A stretch of DNA of 53,403 nucleotides from Comamonadaceae bacterium (GCA_947371775.1 CANBQX010000001.1:1-53403); one strand, 5' to 3'; counted from the first letter of the stretch, positions 10,160-22,602 are shown. Made by a program: numbers and translations. The notes: generated by a model from the letters alone, not told the origin.

Positions 10160-12289
10160 ATGACGACTTCACGCCGCGACTTTCTGAAAACAACGTCCGT
10201 CACCAGTGGTGGCCTGCTCATGGGCTTGGTGTTGCCTGCCAGCACAGCCGTGCAAGCAGCCGGTACGCTCTACACCCCCAACGCTTGGGTGCACATTGCC
10301 GACAACAACGCCATCACATTGCTGACTGCCCGCTCTGAAATGGGCCAAGGCGTATTCACCTCGATGCCGATGCTGATTGCGGAGGAGTTGAACGTAGACC
10401 TCTCTCAAATTTCGGTGCAAAACGCGCCCGCCAATGCTGCGGCTTACACCAACGACCTGCTGGGCGCCCAAATTACCGGTGGATCGACCTCGGTGCGTGA
10501 TGGCTGGGAAAAATTGCGTACAGCAGGTGCCCAGGTGCGCGAAATGCTCATCAGCGCCGCAGCTGCTCGCTGGAATGTGGACCGCAGCACCCTGCGCGCT
10601 GACAAAGGCGTTGTTCACGGACCCGGTGGCAAGTCCGCGACCTACGGCTCCTTGGCAGCCGACGCTTCCAAGCTGCCCGTGCCTGAAAAAGTCGCACTGA
10701 AAGATCCGAAAAACTTCAAGATCATCGGCAAGCCCACCAAACGCCTGGACACCCCGGCCAAGGTTAACGGCTCTGCCCAATTCGGTATCGACGTGACCTT
10801 GCCTGGCATGGTTTACGCCGCAATCACCCAGTGCCCCGTCATTGGCGGCAAAGCCAAGTCCTTTGACGCCGCCAAGGCCAAATCGATGCCAGGCGTTCAA
10901 AATGTATTGGACATTGACGGCAGTGTGGTGGTGGTCGCCGATACCTACTGGCATGCCAAAAAAGCGCTGGAGACCGTCAGCGTGGTGTGGGACGAAGGCG
11001 CAGGTGCATCCATTGACAACGCCAGCATGCTCGCGGGCAACCGCAATGCCGCGAAGAACGGCAAGGTCTTGCCCATCGGTAAGCCCGCAGGTGACGTGGC
11101 GGCAGCCATGAAAACAGCTGCCAAAGTGGTGGAGGCCGAGTACATCAGCCCCATGCAAGCGCATGCTCCGCTCGAACCCATGAACTTCACGGCCAACTAC
11201 AAAGATGGCAAGTGCGAGGTCATTGGCTCCACCCAATTCCAGCAGGGTGCGCAAGGTGCGACCGCTGCAGTCCTGGGCATCAAGCCTGAGGATGTGACCG
11301 TCAAGACCACCTACCTCGGTGGGGGTTTCGGTCGCCGCTTGGAGCTGGACTTCATTACGCAGGCTGCTTTGACCTCCAAAGCGGTGGGCAAGCCGGTCAA
11401 GCTGATCTGGTCGCGCGAAGAGGACATGACGCATGACTTCTACCGTCCCATGGGTGTCAACAACCTCAAGGCTGGTTTGGATGCGTCCGGTAAGCCGGTG
11501 GCGATGCACTTCAAGGTGACTTCGCAGTCGGTGACCCAGCGTGCCTTTGGTCTGCCTGTGGACACCTTTGACCCCTTCATGGGTGAAGCGGCGGTAGCGC
11601 CTTACGGCATTGCCAACACCCAGCACGATTTGGTGATTCATGACACCGGTTTCCGTGTCGGCTACTGGCGTGCGGTGAGTCACAACATGAACGCTTTCGC
11701 CAACGAAAGCTTTGTGGATGAGATGGCCAAAGCTGCAGGCAAAGACCCCTACGAGTACCGCATGGCCATGTTGAAGGACCAGCCGCGCTTTGCCAATGTC
11801 TTGAAGCTCGCGGCGGAAAAAGCAGGCTGGGGCAAGCCCCTGCCCGCAGGCCGTTCGCGCGGCATTGCACTGATGGAAGGCTACGACGGCATGATGGCGC
11901 AAGTGGCGGAAATCTCGCTCAAGGATGGCCACGTCAAGGTGCACAAAGTGACTGTCGCTGCCGACGTGGGTCATATCGTGAACCCCGAGACGGTGGAAGC
12001 GCAAATCAAATCCAGCGTGGCTTTTGGCATGAGCGCGGGCCTGATGCAGGAAATTACCTTGTCCAAAGGCCGTGTGGAGCAAACCAACTTCCACAACTTC
12101 CCCGTCGTTCGCATGAGCGACTATCCGCAAGTCACCGTGATCTTGGTGCCTAGCACCGAGAAGCCTGGCGGTATCGGCGAGCCCGCAACGGCCTTGGTGG
12201 TGCCCGCCATCGCCAACGCGGTGGCTGCGCTCACCGGCAAGCGCGTGCGCAAGTTGCCGCTGACGGCTCAGGCCATCGCGCAAGCCTAA
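10160..12289 (+). CDS. Molybdopterin-binding large subunit, isoquinoline 1-oxidoreductase beta (IorB-like), xanthine dehydrogenase family
   Basis: Tat motif SRRDFLK; SEMGQG, TGGSTS, GGGFGRR and GGIGEP; AGGAG SD before the ATG at 10160. Confidence 0.9.
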   Translation: MTTSRRDFLKTTSVTSGGLLMGLVLPASTAVQAAGTLYTPNAWVHIADNNAITLLTARSEMGQGVFTSMPMLIAEELNVDLSQISVQNAPANAAAYTNDLLGAQITGGSTSVRDGWEKLRTAGAQVREMLISAAAARWNVDRSTLRADKGVVHGPGGKSATYGSLAADASKLPVPEKVALKDPKNFKIIGKPTKRLDTPAKVNGSAQFGIDVTLPGMVYAAITQCPVIGGKAKSFDAAKAKSMPGVQNVLDIDGSVVVVADTYWHAKKALETVSVVWDEGAGASIDNASMLAGNRNAAKNGKVLPIGKPAGDVAAAMKTAAKVVEAEYISPMQAHAPLEPMNFTANYKDGKCEVIGSTQFQQGAQGATAAVLGIKPEDVTVKTTYLGGGFGRRLELDFITQAALTSKAVGKPVKLIWSREEDMTHDFYRPMGVNNLKAGLDASGKPVAMHFKVTSQSVTQRAFGLPVDTFDPFMGEAAVAPYGIANTQHDLVIHDTGFRVGYWRAVSHNMNAFANESFVDEMAKAAGKDPYEYRMAMLKDQPRFANVLKLAAEKAGWGKPLPAGRSRGIALMEGYDGMMAQVAEISLKDGHVKVHKVTVAADVGHIVNPETVEAQIKSSVAFGMSAGLMQEITLSKGRVEQTNFHNFPVVRMSDYPQVTVILVPSTEKPGGIGEPATALVVPAIANAVAALTGKRVRKLPLTAQAIAQA

Positions 12290-12310
12290 GCCAGTTCGAT
12301 CGCTGACCAG

Positions 12311-12341
12311 CGCCCTGTGCCGCAAGGCACGGGGCGTTTTT
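12311..12341 (+). terminator. Intrinsic terminator after the iorB-like gene
   Basis: CGCCCTGTGCC-GCAA-GGCACGGGGCG followed by TTTTT. Confidence 0.8.
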
Positions 12342-12419
12342 CATTGCAGAGGCCGATTTGGTTACCGGTCTGTAACCGCCTTCCGTGCACGCAGGGCCGT
12401 CGCCGGTTACCATGGAGTC

Positions 12420-12434
12420 TGTAATTTTGTTACC
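12420..12434. promoter_or_regulatory. Putative HexR-type operator TGTAATTTTGTTACC
   Basis: Two mismatches to the HexR consensus TGTAATwwwATTACA; 7 nt upstream of the edd ATG. Confidence 0.6.
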
Positions 12435-12441
12435 AAATCAT

Positions 12442-14289
12442 ATGAAACTCCATGCCGTCGTTGTAGAGGTGACCCGTCGCATCCAAGAGCGCAGTGCGGA
12501 CGCGCGTTCGGCCTACCTGACCCAAGTGCACGCCATGGCTCGCCGACCGCCGGGTGCCCAGCGCATGGGATGTGCCAATGTGGCCCATGCCTTTGCAGCG
12601 ATGGAGCCCGGCGACAAGCGCCGCGCCAGTGCGCTGGACAAATTTCAACCTGTCACCCAGCGCGCGCCCAACATCGGCATCGTCAATGCCTACAACGACC
12701 TGTTGTCGGCCCATGCGCCGCTGCAGCATTACCCGGACCTGGTCAAAGACGAGGCCCGCAAATGGGGCGCCACGGCCCAGGTCGCCGGCGGCGTGCCTGC
12801 GATGTGCGACGGCGTGACGCAGGGCAATCCTGGTATGGAGCTGAGTCTGTTCTCCCGCGATGCGATTGCCATGGCCACCGCGGTGTCACTCAGCCACGAT
12901 GTGTTTGACTGCGCCTTGATGCTGGGCGTGTGCGACAAGATCGTTCCGGGCTTGCTGATTGGCGCCTTGCATTTCGGTCATCTGCCCACCGTGTTTGTGC
13001 CCGCCGGCCCCATGACCTCGGGCCTGCCCAACAACGAAAAAGCCAAAGTCCGTGAGCAGGCAGCGCAGGGTCTGGTGGGCCGCGCCGAATTGCTACAGGC
13101 CGAGTCTGCGGCCTACCACGGCGAAGGCACATGCACCTTTTATGGCACAGCCAACAGCAACCAAATGCTGCTGGAAGCCATGGGCCTGCATGTGCCGGGT
13201 ACGGCGTTCGTCAACCCCGGCGCCGACATCCGCGCCGAGCTCACGCGCGAAGCTGCACGCACCGTGCTGGGTCACAGCACCAGCGGTGCTGCCACCTGCA
13301 CACCGATTGGCGAACTGGTGGACGAGCGCTGCATCGTCAACGCGATGGTGGCTTTGCTGGCGACGGGCGGTTCTACCAACCATTTGATTCACTGGGTCGC
13401 CGTGGCCCGCGCGGCTGGCATCACGATTGACTGGAACGATTTTTCAGACCTGTCCGATGTGGTGCCATTGCTCACCCGCGTCTACCCCAATGGCAGCGCA
13501 GACGTGAACCAGTTTCAAGCCGCAGGCGGGCCGGGTTTTGTCATCCGTGAGCTGTTGGATGCCGGGTTCATGCATGCCGATGTGATGACCGTGCGACCCG
13601 GTGGCTTGCGCGAGTTCACCCAGATCCCCCATGCCGCAGCTGGCGTGCTGGCCTGGCAGGACGCAGGCGCGAGCAAAGACGAGACAGTGGTTCGCCCGGC
13701 GACCAAACCGTTCAGCACGAGTGGCGGCTTGCGCCTGCTCGCGGGCAACCTGGGGCGCAGCGTGATCAAGGTGTCTTCTGTGCCGGATGACCGGCACGTG
13801 GTGGAGGCACCCTGCCGCGTATTTGATTCGCAAGACGCCTTGCACGAGGCCTTCAGCGCGGGCGAGTTGAACCGCGATGTCGTGTGTGTGGTGCGCTGGC
13901 AAGGCCCGCAAGCCAATGGCATGCCCGAGTTGCACAAACTCACACCGCCACTGGCGGTGCTGCAGGGCAAAGGTTTCAAAGTGGCGCTGGTCACCGATGG
14001 CCGCATGAGTGGGGCGTCGGGCAAAGTGCCTGCGGCCATCCATGTCTCGCCCGAGGCCGCCGCGGGCGGCCCCCTGGCCAAAGTTCGCGATGGCGACCTC
14101 GTGCGCATGGACGCCACTGCGGGCACCTTGGAGGTGCTGGTGCCAGTGGCGCAATGGGACGCGCGCGAAGTCGCCACGATGCCGACTGAATTGCGGGCCG
14201 CCAATGGCATTGGCATGGGCCGCGAGCTGTTTGCGGGTATGCGTCGCAACGCACTGACCGCCGAGCAGGGCGCTTGCAGCTGGCTGTAA
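12442..14289 (+). CDS. edd: Phosphogluconate dehydratase
   Basis: [33 protein letters not shown] and [10 protein letters not shown]; start placed at MKLHAV. Confidence 0.96.
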   Translation: MKLHAVVVEVTRRIQERSADARSAYLTQVHAMARRPPGAQRMGCANVAHAFAAMEPGDKRRASALDKFQPVTQRAPNIGIVNAYNDLLSAHAPLQHYPDLVKDEARKWGATAQVAGGVPAMCDGVTQGNPGMELSLFSRDAIAMATAVSLSHDVFDCALMLGVCDKIVPGLLIGALHFGHLPTVFVPAGPMTSGLPNNEKAKVREQAAQGLVGRAELLQAESAAYHGEGTCTFYGTANSNQMLLEAMGLHVPGTAFVNPGADIRAELTREAARTVLGHSTSGAATCTPIGELVDERCIVNAMVALLATGGSTNHLIHWVAVARAAGITIDWNDFSDLSDVVPLLTRVYPNGSADVNQFQAAGGPGFVIRELLDAGFMHADVMTVRPGGLREFTQIPHAAAGVLAWQDAGASKDETVVRPATKPFSTSGGLRLLAGNLGRSVIKVSSVPDDRHVVEAPCRVFDSQDALHEAFSAGELNRDVVCVVRWQGPQANGMPELHKLTPPLAVLQGKGFKVALVTDGRMSGASGKVPAAIHVSPEAAAGGPLAKVRDGDLVRMDATAGTLEVLVPVAQWDAREVATMPTELRAANGIGMGRELFAGMRRNALTAEQGACSWL

Positions 14290-14331
14290 ATCGCTCGCCT
14301 TTTCATCAATACCAAACAAGAGGACGACACC

Positions 14332-14985
14332 ATGAGCTCCACGACTTCCACCAGCGCCGGTTTGACCGCCCTCCAGGTCATGCAAGACGCCCCGGTCATT
14401 CCGGTGATCGTGCTCAATGACGTGGCCCACGCCGTGCCCATGGCTCGCGCCCTGGTGGCCGGAGGGGTGCGCATGCTGGAAGTCACGCTGCGTACGCCCC
14501 AGGCATTGGCTTGCATTGAAGCCATCGCGCGCGAAGTGCCCGAAGCGGTGGTGGGCGCGGGGACGGTGCGCTCCCGCGCCGACGCGCAGTCGGCGGCCCG
14601 CGCGGGTGCCCGCTTTGCGGTGAGCCCCGGCTATACCAGTGCCGTGGGCCAGGCCTGCCGCGATGTGGGGCTGGCGCTGTTGCCCGGCGTGGCCACCGGT
14701 AGCGAAATCATGATGGCGCAAGAGGACGGCTTCACCGAACTCAAGTTCTTTCCGGCCATGCAAGCCGGTGGGCCCGGCATGCTGAAGGCCTGGAGTGGTC
14801 CCTTCTTCGACGTGCGTTTTTGCCCCACGGGTGGCGTGAGCCTGCAAAACGCGGCCGAGTTTCTGGCATTGCCCAACGTTGTGTGCGTGGGCGGCTCCTG
14901 GCTGGTCCCCGCCGACGCCATGGCCGCTGGGGATTGGGCGCGCATTACCCAGCTCGCGGCCGATACCGCCGCACTGCGAAAGTAG
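14332..14985 (+). CDS. eda: KDPG/KHG aldolase
   Basis: LEVTLRTP, LKFFPA and FCPTGGV. Confidence 0.96.
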   Translation: MSSTTSTSAGLTALQVMQDAPVIPVIVLNDVAHAVPMARALVAGGVRMLEVTLRTPQALACIEAIAREVPEAVVGAGTVRSRADAQSAARAGARFAVSPGYTSAVGQACRDVGLALLPGVATGSEIMMAQEDGFTELKFFPAMQAGGPGMLKAWSGPFFDVRFCPTGGVSLQNAAEFLALPNVVCVGGSWLVPADAMAAGDWARITQLAADTAALRK

Positions 14986-15027
14986 GGCGCTCGCCACAGG
15001 CCTTGCGCCTGTGCACAATAGGCGGCT

Positions 15028-15531
15028 ATGGCGAAAAAAGACTCTCGCAGCGACCGCGTCAGCGAAACCCCTGCCACCCAGTTCCTCAAAGCGCACAAGG
15101 CCGATTTCACCGAGCACCCTTACGAATACCTGGAGCACGGTGGGGCCCAGCACAGTGCCCAGGTGCTGGGCTGGGATCCGTTTCAGGTGGTCAAGACGCT
15201 CATCATGGAAGACCAGGACGCCAAGCCCTTGGTGGTGCTGATGCACGGCAACCGCAAGGTGTCGACCAAAAATCTGGCGCGCCAGATCGGTGCCAAATCC
15301 GTGGCACCTTGTGCACCTGAGACGGCCAACCGGCACAGCGGCTATCTGGTGGGCGGAACCTCGCCCTTTGCCACGCGCAAAACGATGCCGATTTATGTGG
15401 AATCCACCATTCTCGAGATACCGAAAATCCTGATCAACGGCGGACGACGTGGCTACCTGGTCGGCATTGCGCCAGGGCTGCTTATGGCCTTGCTGGGGGC
15501 AAAGGCGGTACAGTGCGCTCTTGAAGAATAA
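15028..15531 (+). CDS. ybaK: Cys-tRNA(Pro) deacylase, YbaK/EbsC family
   Basis: VVKTL (catalytic Lys), GYLVGGTSP and NGGRRG. Confidence 0.88.
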   Translation: MAKKDSRSDRVSETPATQFLKAHKADFTEHPYEYLEHGGAQHSAQVLGWDPFQVVKTLIMEDQDAKPLVVLMHGNRKVSTKNLARQIGAKSVAPCAPETANRHSGYLVGGTSPFATRKTMPIYVESTILEIPKILINGGRRGYLVGIAPGLLMALLGAKAVQCALEE

Positions 15532-15587
15532 GGTGCTGCGGCGGCGACTGGCGGCACGGCACACGCCACCCACTCTGGAGACTTTTT

Positions 15588-16220
15588 TTGGACGCTCTTA
15601 TCCCGTTTTACCCCGCGCTGGCCACGGTGGCCGCTTACCTGCTCGGGTCTTTGTCTTTCGCCGTGATTGTCAGCAGCGCCATGGGCCTGAACGATCCGCG
15701 CAGCTACGGTAGCAAAAACCCGGGCGCCACCAATGTATTGCGCTCGGGCAACAAGCTGGCAGCGGTCTTGACCCTGGTGTTGGACGCCTTCAAAGGCTGG
15801 CTGGCCGTGGCGCTGGTGCAAACCTGGGGCGGCTCCTTGGGGCTGGAGGCGGGCAGCGTGGCGCTGGTGGGCTTGGCCGCGTTTTTAGGCCATTTGTATC
15901 CTGTGTTTTTCCGCTTTGCCGGTGGCAAGGGCGTGGCCACGGCGCTGGGGGTGGTGCTGGCCGTGAACCCCGTGCTGGGCCTGGCTACAGGCCTCACATG
16001 GCTTTTGATTGCGTATTTCTTCCGCTATTCCTCGCTGGCAGCCTTGGTGTCGGCGGTGTTTGTGCCGGTGTATTACCTGATGGCAGACGGCGTCTTCTGG
16101 CGTGCGGACAATGGCATCGCATTGTCTTTGGTGATCATCAGCGGCCTGCTGGTCTGGCGCCACGCAGAAAACCTGTCGCGCCTGGTCAAAGGCACGGAAT
16201 CCAAGATCGGTAAAAAATAG
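15588..16220 (+). CDS. plsY: Glycerol-3-phosphate acyltransferase
   Basis: [30 protein letters not shown] and RHAENLSRL. Confidence 0.95.
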   Translation: MDALIPFYPALATVAAYLLGSLSFAVIVSSAMGLNDPRSYGSKNPGATNVLRSGNKLAAVLTLVLDAFKGWLAVALVQTWGGSLGLEAGSVALVGLAAFLGHLYPVFFRFAGGKGVATALGVVLAVNPVLGLATGLTWLLIAYFFRYSSLAALVSAVFVPVYYLMADGVFWRADNGIALSLVIISGLLVWRHAENLSRLVKGTESKIGKK

Positions 16221-16244
16221 GCGCAGCCCCGCAGCCCCAGGGGC

Positions 16245-16730
16245 TTAGTCGCGGAAGTTGTTGAAACTCAGCGGCACGTCGGTAATGTCTTTTTTCAACA
16301 GGGCCATGGCGGTTTGCAAGTCGTCACGCTTGGCACCTGTGACACGCACCGAGTCGCCCTGAATCGCCGCCTGCACCTTGAGCTTGCTGTCTTTGAGAAT
16401 GCGTTGGATTTTTTTGCCCAGCTCGGTCTCAATGCCGTTGCGCACGGTGATGACTTGTTTGACCTTGTCACCGCCCATTTTCTGCACGTCACCCAAATCC
16501 AAAAAGCGCACATCGACGTTGCGTTTGGTCATTTTGTTACGCAACACGTCTTCAATTTGCGCCAATTGAAACTCGGCGTCGCCGATCATGGTGATCTCTT
16601 TGTCCTTGATCTCAATGCTGGCAGAGGTGCCTTTGAAGTCAAAGCGGGTGGTGATTTCCTTGACGGTGTTTTCGACCGCGTTTTTGACATCGACCAGGTT
16701 GGCTTCGCAGACAGTATCAAATGAGGGCAT
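16245..16730 (-). CDS. yajQ: YajQ family nucleotide/c-di-GMP-binding protein
   Basis: MPSFD start, [23 protein letters not shown] and FNNFRD end. Confidence 0.95.
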   Translation of the reverse strand: MPSFDTVCEANLVDVKNAVENTVKEITTRFDFKGTSASIEIKDKEITMIGDAEFQLAQIEDVLRNKMTKRNVDVRFLDLGDVQKMGGDKVKQVITVRNGIETELGKKIQRILKDSKLKVQAAIQGDSVRVTGAKRDDLQTAMALLKKDITDVPLSFNNFRD

Positions 16731-16792
16731 GGCGTAATTCTCGGTGTGCTGGAGGGAAGTTCGGCATCCGGCCCGGATGCGACAATCCAGGG

Positions 16793-17848
16793 ATGTTAGT
16801 CGAGAACAATGTGGCCCTGCAGGCGCTCAACACCTTTCACATCGTGGCAAAGGCGCACCGCCTGGTACGCATCCACAGCGAAGCGGACGCCTCTGCCTTG
16901 TGCGCTGATCCGCAATGGCGGGATGTGCCCAAGTTTGTGTTGGGTGGCGGCAGCAATTTGGTGATCACGGGCGATGTCAAACCGCTGGTGCTCAAGGTGG
17001 AGGTCATGGGTCGGCGCCTGTTGCGCGAGACACCCAAACACTTTGTGATCGAGGCTGGTGCGGGCGAAAACTGGCATGACTTCGTCGCCTGGACGCTGGA
17101 GCAGGGCCTGCCGGGTCTGGAAAACCTCGCCATGATTCCGGGCACGGTAGGCGCCTCGCCAGTGCAAAACATCGGTGCATATGGTGTGGAGTTGCAAGAC
17201 CGGTTTGAGTCGCTGGACGCCATCGATTTACAGACCGGCCAGGTCTTTACCCTGGACGCGGCGCAGTGCGGTTTTGGCTACCGCGACTCGGTGTTCAAAC
17301 ATGCGGCCGGAGACAAGGGCTTGGGCCTGAAAGACCGTGCCTTGATTTTGCGGGTGCGCTTTGCCTTGCCCAAGGCTTGGAAGCCGGTGTTGGGCTATGC
17401 GGATCTGGACAAAAAACAGGCCGAATACGGCGGGGTGCAGCCCACAGCGCAGCAGCTCTTTGACTGGGTCTGCCAAATCCGTCGCGCCAAACTGCCCGAC
17501 CCGGCGGTGATCGGCAATGCCGGGAGTTTTTTCAAAAACCCCACGGTGAGCGCGGAGCAGTGCGCCGACATCATTGCCCGCGACCCCAAGGTGGTGCATT
17601 ACAAGCTGGCTGATGGAAGTTTCAAGCTCGCGGCGGGTTGGTTGATTGACGCCTGCGGCTGGCGTGGCAAATCGATCGGGCAAGCCGGTGTCTATGAGAA
17701 ACAAGCCTTGGTGCTGGTCAATCGCGGCAGTAACAGTGGTGCGCAAGGTGCCACGGGTGGCGAAGTGATGACCCTGGCGGGCGCCATTCAGACCAGCGTC
17801 TATGAGCGCTTTGGCCTGCGACTCGAGACAGAACCCGTCGTCTTGTAA
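16793..17848 (+). CDS. murB: UDP-N-acetylenolpyruvoylglucosamine reductase
   Basis: [31 protein letters not shown] and [10 protein letters not shown]; start placed at MLVENN. Confidence 0.96.
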   Translation: MLVENNVALQALNTFHIVAKAHRLVRIHSEADASALCADPQWRDVPKFVLGGGSNLVITGDVKPLVLKVEVMGRRLLRETPKHFVIEAGAGENWHDFVAWTLEQGLPGLENLAMIPGTVGASPVQNIGAYGVELQDRFESLDAIDLQTGQVFTLDAAQCGFGYRDSVFKHAAGDKGLGLKDRALILRVRFALPKAWKPVLGYADLDKKQAEYGGVQPTAQQLFDWVCQIRRAKLPDPAVIGNAGSFFKNPTVSAEQCADIIARDPKVVHYKLADGSFKLAAGWLIDACGWRGKSIGQAGVYEKQALVLVNRGSNSGAQGATGGEVMTLAGAIQTSVYERFGLRLETEPVVL

Positions 17849-17903
17849 ACCGCATTGACCCTGCGCAAGCGTCGCAAAAGGCGATACAGATAAAGTCGTT
17901 CAC

Positions 17904-18920
17904 ATGAAACATATTTTGGTATTGGGTGGCACCGGATTTGTCGGCGCCCACGTGTGTGAAAAGCTGGTGCGTGCGGGCTTTCGTGTGAGTGTTCCCACGC
18001 GCCGAGCGGTGAATGCCCGCAATATTCAACATTTGCCCGGGCTGACTGTCTTGGAATGCAATGTGCACGACGAGACCGCATTGACGCAGGCCATGGCGGA
18101 CGTCGATGGGGTCGTGAATCTGGTCGCCATCTTGCATGGCACACCGGAGTCCTTTGACCGGGTGCATCGCCTATTGCCCGACAAAATAGCCCGCGCTTGC
18201 AAAGCCCAAGGCGTGCGCCACGTGGTGCATGTCAGCGCGCTGGGCACCGACTGGCGCACGCCCCAAAGCTGCCCTTCACACTACTTGCGCAGCAAAGGTC
18301 AGGGCGAAGCGGCGCTCATGCAGCGGCTGGGTTGGCCATTTGCCTGGGATGACAGCGGCCGTGAACCCGCACGTACCGGCCTGACTGTGTTGCGTCCCAG
18401 TGTGATCTTTGGTGCCCGAGACAAATTTTTGAATGTGTTTGCCGCTTTGCAAAAAGTGTTTCCCGTGATGCCGCTGGCCGGGGCGCAGGCGAAGTTTCAA
18501 CCGGTGTGGGTAGAGGATGTGGCAGGCGCAGTGGTGCGCAGCGTGGAGCGCGGTTTTTCGGGTCCGCCGTCTTGGGATGTCTATGAACTGGTCGGCTCCA
18601 GGGTCTATGCGCTTCGGGAGTTGGTGCAGTTGGCTGCAAAGCTCAGTGGCGTGGGTCAGGGCCGAGGGCGTCCAGTGATTGGCTTGCCTCGCTGGATGGG
18701 GCAGGTGCAAGCGGTGATCCTGGGTCTGATGCCGGGCGAGCCTGTCATGAGTTTGGACAATTTGGACTCGATGCGTGTGGACAACGTGGCCAGTGGACAT
18801 CTGCCGGGGTTTGAGGCTTTGGGCATGAGCCCAAGCGCCTTGGCGGCGATTGCACCGACCTATTTATTGTCTGATCGTTCCGGTGAGGGTTTGCTCGGCG
18901 TGCGCCGCCACGCACATTAA
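17904..18920 (+). CDS. NAD-dependent epimerase/atypical SDR, complex I NDUFA9-like
   Basis: GGTGFVG, YLRSKGQGE and FQPVWVEDVA. Confidence 0.85.
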   Translation: MKHILVLGGTGFVGAHVCEKLVRAGFRVSVPTRRAVNARNIQHLPGLTVLECNVHDETALTQAMADVDGVVNLVAILHGTPESFDRVHRLLPDKIARACKAQGVRHVVHVSALGTDWRTPQSCPSHYLRSKGQGEAALMQRLGWPFAWDDSGREPARTGLTVLRPSVIFGARDKFLNVFAALQKVFPVMPLAGAQAKFQPVWVEDVAGAVVRSVERGFSGPPSWDVYELVGSRVYALRELVQLAAKLSGVGQGRGRPVIGLPRWMGQVQAVILGLMPGEPVMSLDNLDSMRVDNVASGHLPGFEALGMSPSALAAIAPTYLLSDRSGEGLLGVRRHAH

Positions 18921-20797
18921 GCGGTTTTCAACGCTTTTTGCTGTTTACGCCGCAGCGACATGCAGCGTTCAATCGCGTCTTGCAGACCGGCGATTTGCAC
19001 CGGTTTGGTAACAAAAAAGTTCACACCAGCAGCGAGGGCCTCTTCTTGGGCGCTGTTCATGGCATCGGCAGTGAGCGCAACGATAGGAATGTTTTTTACC
19101 GAGCTGCTCAGTGCTCTGATCGCACGTGTCGCCGCCAAGCCATCCATGACCGGCATGTGAAGGTCCATCAGCACCAAATCAAATTTCTCTCGCTGCACCG
19201 TGTCAAGCGCCAATTGGCCGTTCTCGCAAAAGCTTGCCTGGCAGTGCATTCGGTCGAGCAGGATGCCGACAAACTTTCGGTTCACCGGGTTGTCCTCTGC
19301 AACGAGCACGCGGCGTCTGTTGGCACTCGAAGGGCGCTCTGCAGGCGCAAGGGGTGGCAGGAAGGCAGAGACTGCGGACGGTGGCTCACACAGTCGCAGC
19401 GGCAAGTCCAGTGTGAAGCACGACCCCGCGCCCTGGGTGCTACGAACCTCAATGTCGCCACCCATCATCTGTGCCAGCGAGCGAGAAATTTCCAACCCCA
19501 GGCCAGAGCCACCAAACTGCCGCGCTACCGTGTTGTCGGCTTGATAAAAGCGCTGGAACAAACTTTCCACGGCCTTCGGACTCATGCCGATCCCGGTGTC
19601 TTCGACCTCAATCAGCAAAATAGGCCCGAGCGGTGGCGCCGCACCCTTGAGTGCGCCGCGGCTGCGTCGCACCGACACGGTCACCGCGCCTTGGTGGGTG
19701 AACTTGAGCGCGTTGTTGATCAGATTGAACATGATCTGTTTGAAGCGCGTTGCGTCGATCAAGCCCCACACCGGCACCTCATGGCTTACTTCGAACACAA
19801 AGTCCAGCCCCTTGGCGGTGGCCTGCGGGCGCATGGCGTTCTCAACCTGCTGTAGCAATTCCTGCAAGTTTGCAGGCTCGGGGTGGATGGAAATTTTCCC
19901 TTCCTCGAGGGCTGAGATATCCAGAATATCGTTGAGCACATTGAGCAAATGGTTCGCCGAATCATTGGCCGTGTGCACGTAGTCTGCTTGCTGTGCGGTG
20001 AGGGTGGTGGTGCTGAGCAGGCCCAGCATTCCCAATATGCCATTGAACGGTGTGCGCAGTTCGTGGCTCATATTGGCCAAAAATTTACTCTTGCTGCGGT
20101 TGGCCCGCTCGGCTTGCATTTGGGATTCCTGAAATTGCGCATTCAGTTCCTTGGATTTCTGCACCGCATTGGCTTGTTTGCTGCTTTGGCGCCATACCGC
20201 CACCGCCGCGCCCACCAGCAACAAGAGCAGGAGAGCTGCCAGTCCCGCCATGGATCGCCCCTGGGACTGGAGATGGTCGCTGAGTTGATCCATGTGCATC
20301 ATGGTCGAGTCTTCAGCTTGTTTGACCAGGTGCTCCATCCCTGGAATCAGGGTTTCCGACTGCAGCGCCAAGGACTGCAACTTGTCATACGGAGTCGCCA
20401 AAGAGCCCTCCAGGGCAGCGGTTTCCTCGGCCATGCTTTGAAGTTGGCCAAGCAGGGTGGCATTGGCAGGTTCACTGACCAAAATGGCCATTCCAGAAGA
20501 CTGGCGGGTGATCATGACCCGGGTTCGCAGCAAGGTGGCACGTTCTGCCAAGGCCTTCGGATCGGCATCCTCACGCTCAATCAGCTGGTGCAAGAGCGCA
20601 TGGTGGAAATGCGAAAACTCCCGCGCCAGCGCGTAAGCGGTCTCGCATGCGGCAGTGCTGCTACCCGCAACGTCTGCTTTGATGGCCTCCTGGTGCTGCC
20701 AGAGCAAGGCCAATTGGGCTACGCCCGCAAACGCCATCGCCACGGCCAGCACACGCAGCCAAACCAACATGGAAATACGGGGGAGGAACTTTTTCAT
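18917..20797 (-). CDS. Membrane hybrid sensor histidine kinase (HisKA-HATPase-REC)
   Basis: Two TM segments around a helical periplasmic domain; H-box FLANMSHELRTP; NNALKFT, DTGIG and GSGLGL; REC VLMDLHMPVMDG. Confidence 0.92.
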   Translation of the reverse strand: MKKFLPRISMLVWLRVLAVAMAFAGVAQLALLWQHQEAIKADVAGSSTAACETAYALAREFSHFHHALLHQLIEREDADPKALAERATLLRTRVMITRQSSGMAILVSEPANATLLGQLQSMAEETAALEGSLATPYDKLQSLALQSETLIPGMEHLVKQAEDSTMMHMDQLSDHLQSQGRSMAGLAALLLLLLVGAAVAVWRQSSKQANAVQKSKELNAQFQESQMQAERANRSKSKFLANMSHELRTPFNGILGMLGLLSTTTLTAQQADYVHTANDSANHLLNVLNDILDISALEEGKISIHPEPANLQELLQQVENAMRPQATAKGLDFVFEVSHEVPVWGLIDATRFKQIMFNLINNALKFTHQGAVTVSVRRSRGALKGAAPPLGPILLIEVEDTGIGMSPKAVESLFQRFYQADNTVARQFGGSGLGLEISRSLAQMMGGDIEVRSTQGAGSCFTLDLPLRLCEPPSAVSAFLPPLAPAERPSSANRRRVLVAEDNPVNRKFVGILLDRMHCQASFCENGQLALDTVQREKFDLVLMDLHMPVMDGLAATRAIRALSSSVKNIPIVALTADAMNSAQEEALAAGVNFFVTKPVQIAGLQDAIERCMSLRRKQQKALKTA

Positions 20798-20825
20798 TGC
20801 CAGTTGCCTCCGGGTATTTACATGC

Positions 20826-22169
<1,344 letters not shown>

Positions 22170-22198
22170 TTATCGTGGTGAATCGTGAGAGCCGGCGA

Positions 22199-22516
22199 TT
22201 AGGCGTAATGGCAGATGTAATGAAAAGCTTCGGTCACCCGAATCTGGAATTTGCTGTTTGCAGGCACGCTAAAGCTTTGCCCGGCGCTGACGCTGTGCCA
22301 CTGTGTTTCGCCGGCGAGTTGGTATTCGCAGCTGCCCGCCACGCATTCCATGATTTCTGCTGCGGCGGTGCCAAAGGTCAATTCAGCGGGCAGCACCACG
22401 CCTACGGATTTTTTGCTGCCATCGGCCAAGGTCAGGCTGTGGCTGACGCATTTGCCGTCAAAGTAAACGCTGGCCTGGGTGGCGACAGTGACGCCAGAAA
22501 TGTGGGAAGTGGTCAT
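22199..22516 (-). CDS. ppnP: Pyrimidine/purine nucleoside phosphorylase (DUF1255)
   Basis: VYFDGKCVS, FGTAAAEIME, FSVPANSKF and YICHY. Confidence 0.88.
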   Translation of the reverse strand: MTTSHISGVTVATQASVYFDGKCVSHSLTLADGSKKSVGVVLPAELTFGTAAAEIMECVAGSCEYQLAGETQWHSVSAGQSFSVPANSKFQIRVTEAFHYICHYA

Positions 22517-22602
22517 TTGAAAATGGCTTGGTAAAAAGAGGGATGGACTGCCGGTAAGGTGAGGCCATCGTGACTGAACCTATTTTAGGTCAGCCAAGCT
22601 GC

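Noticed and set aside
10169-12325. 718-aa antisense ORF over the iorB-like gene
   Set aside because: Shadow ORF from codon bias in a GC-rich gene; no recognisable motifs
16764-16780. GCATCCG-GCC-CGGATGC inverted repeat as a REP element
   Set aside because: Only one copy noticed in the window; it lies in the yajQ/murB promoter gap, so no repeat family can be supported
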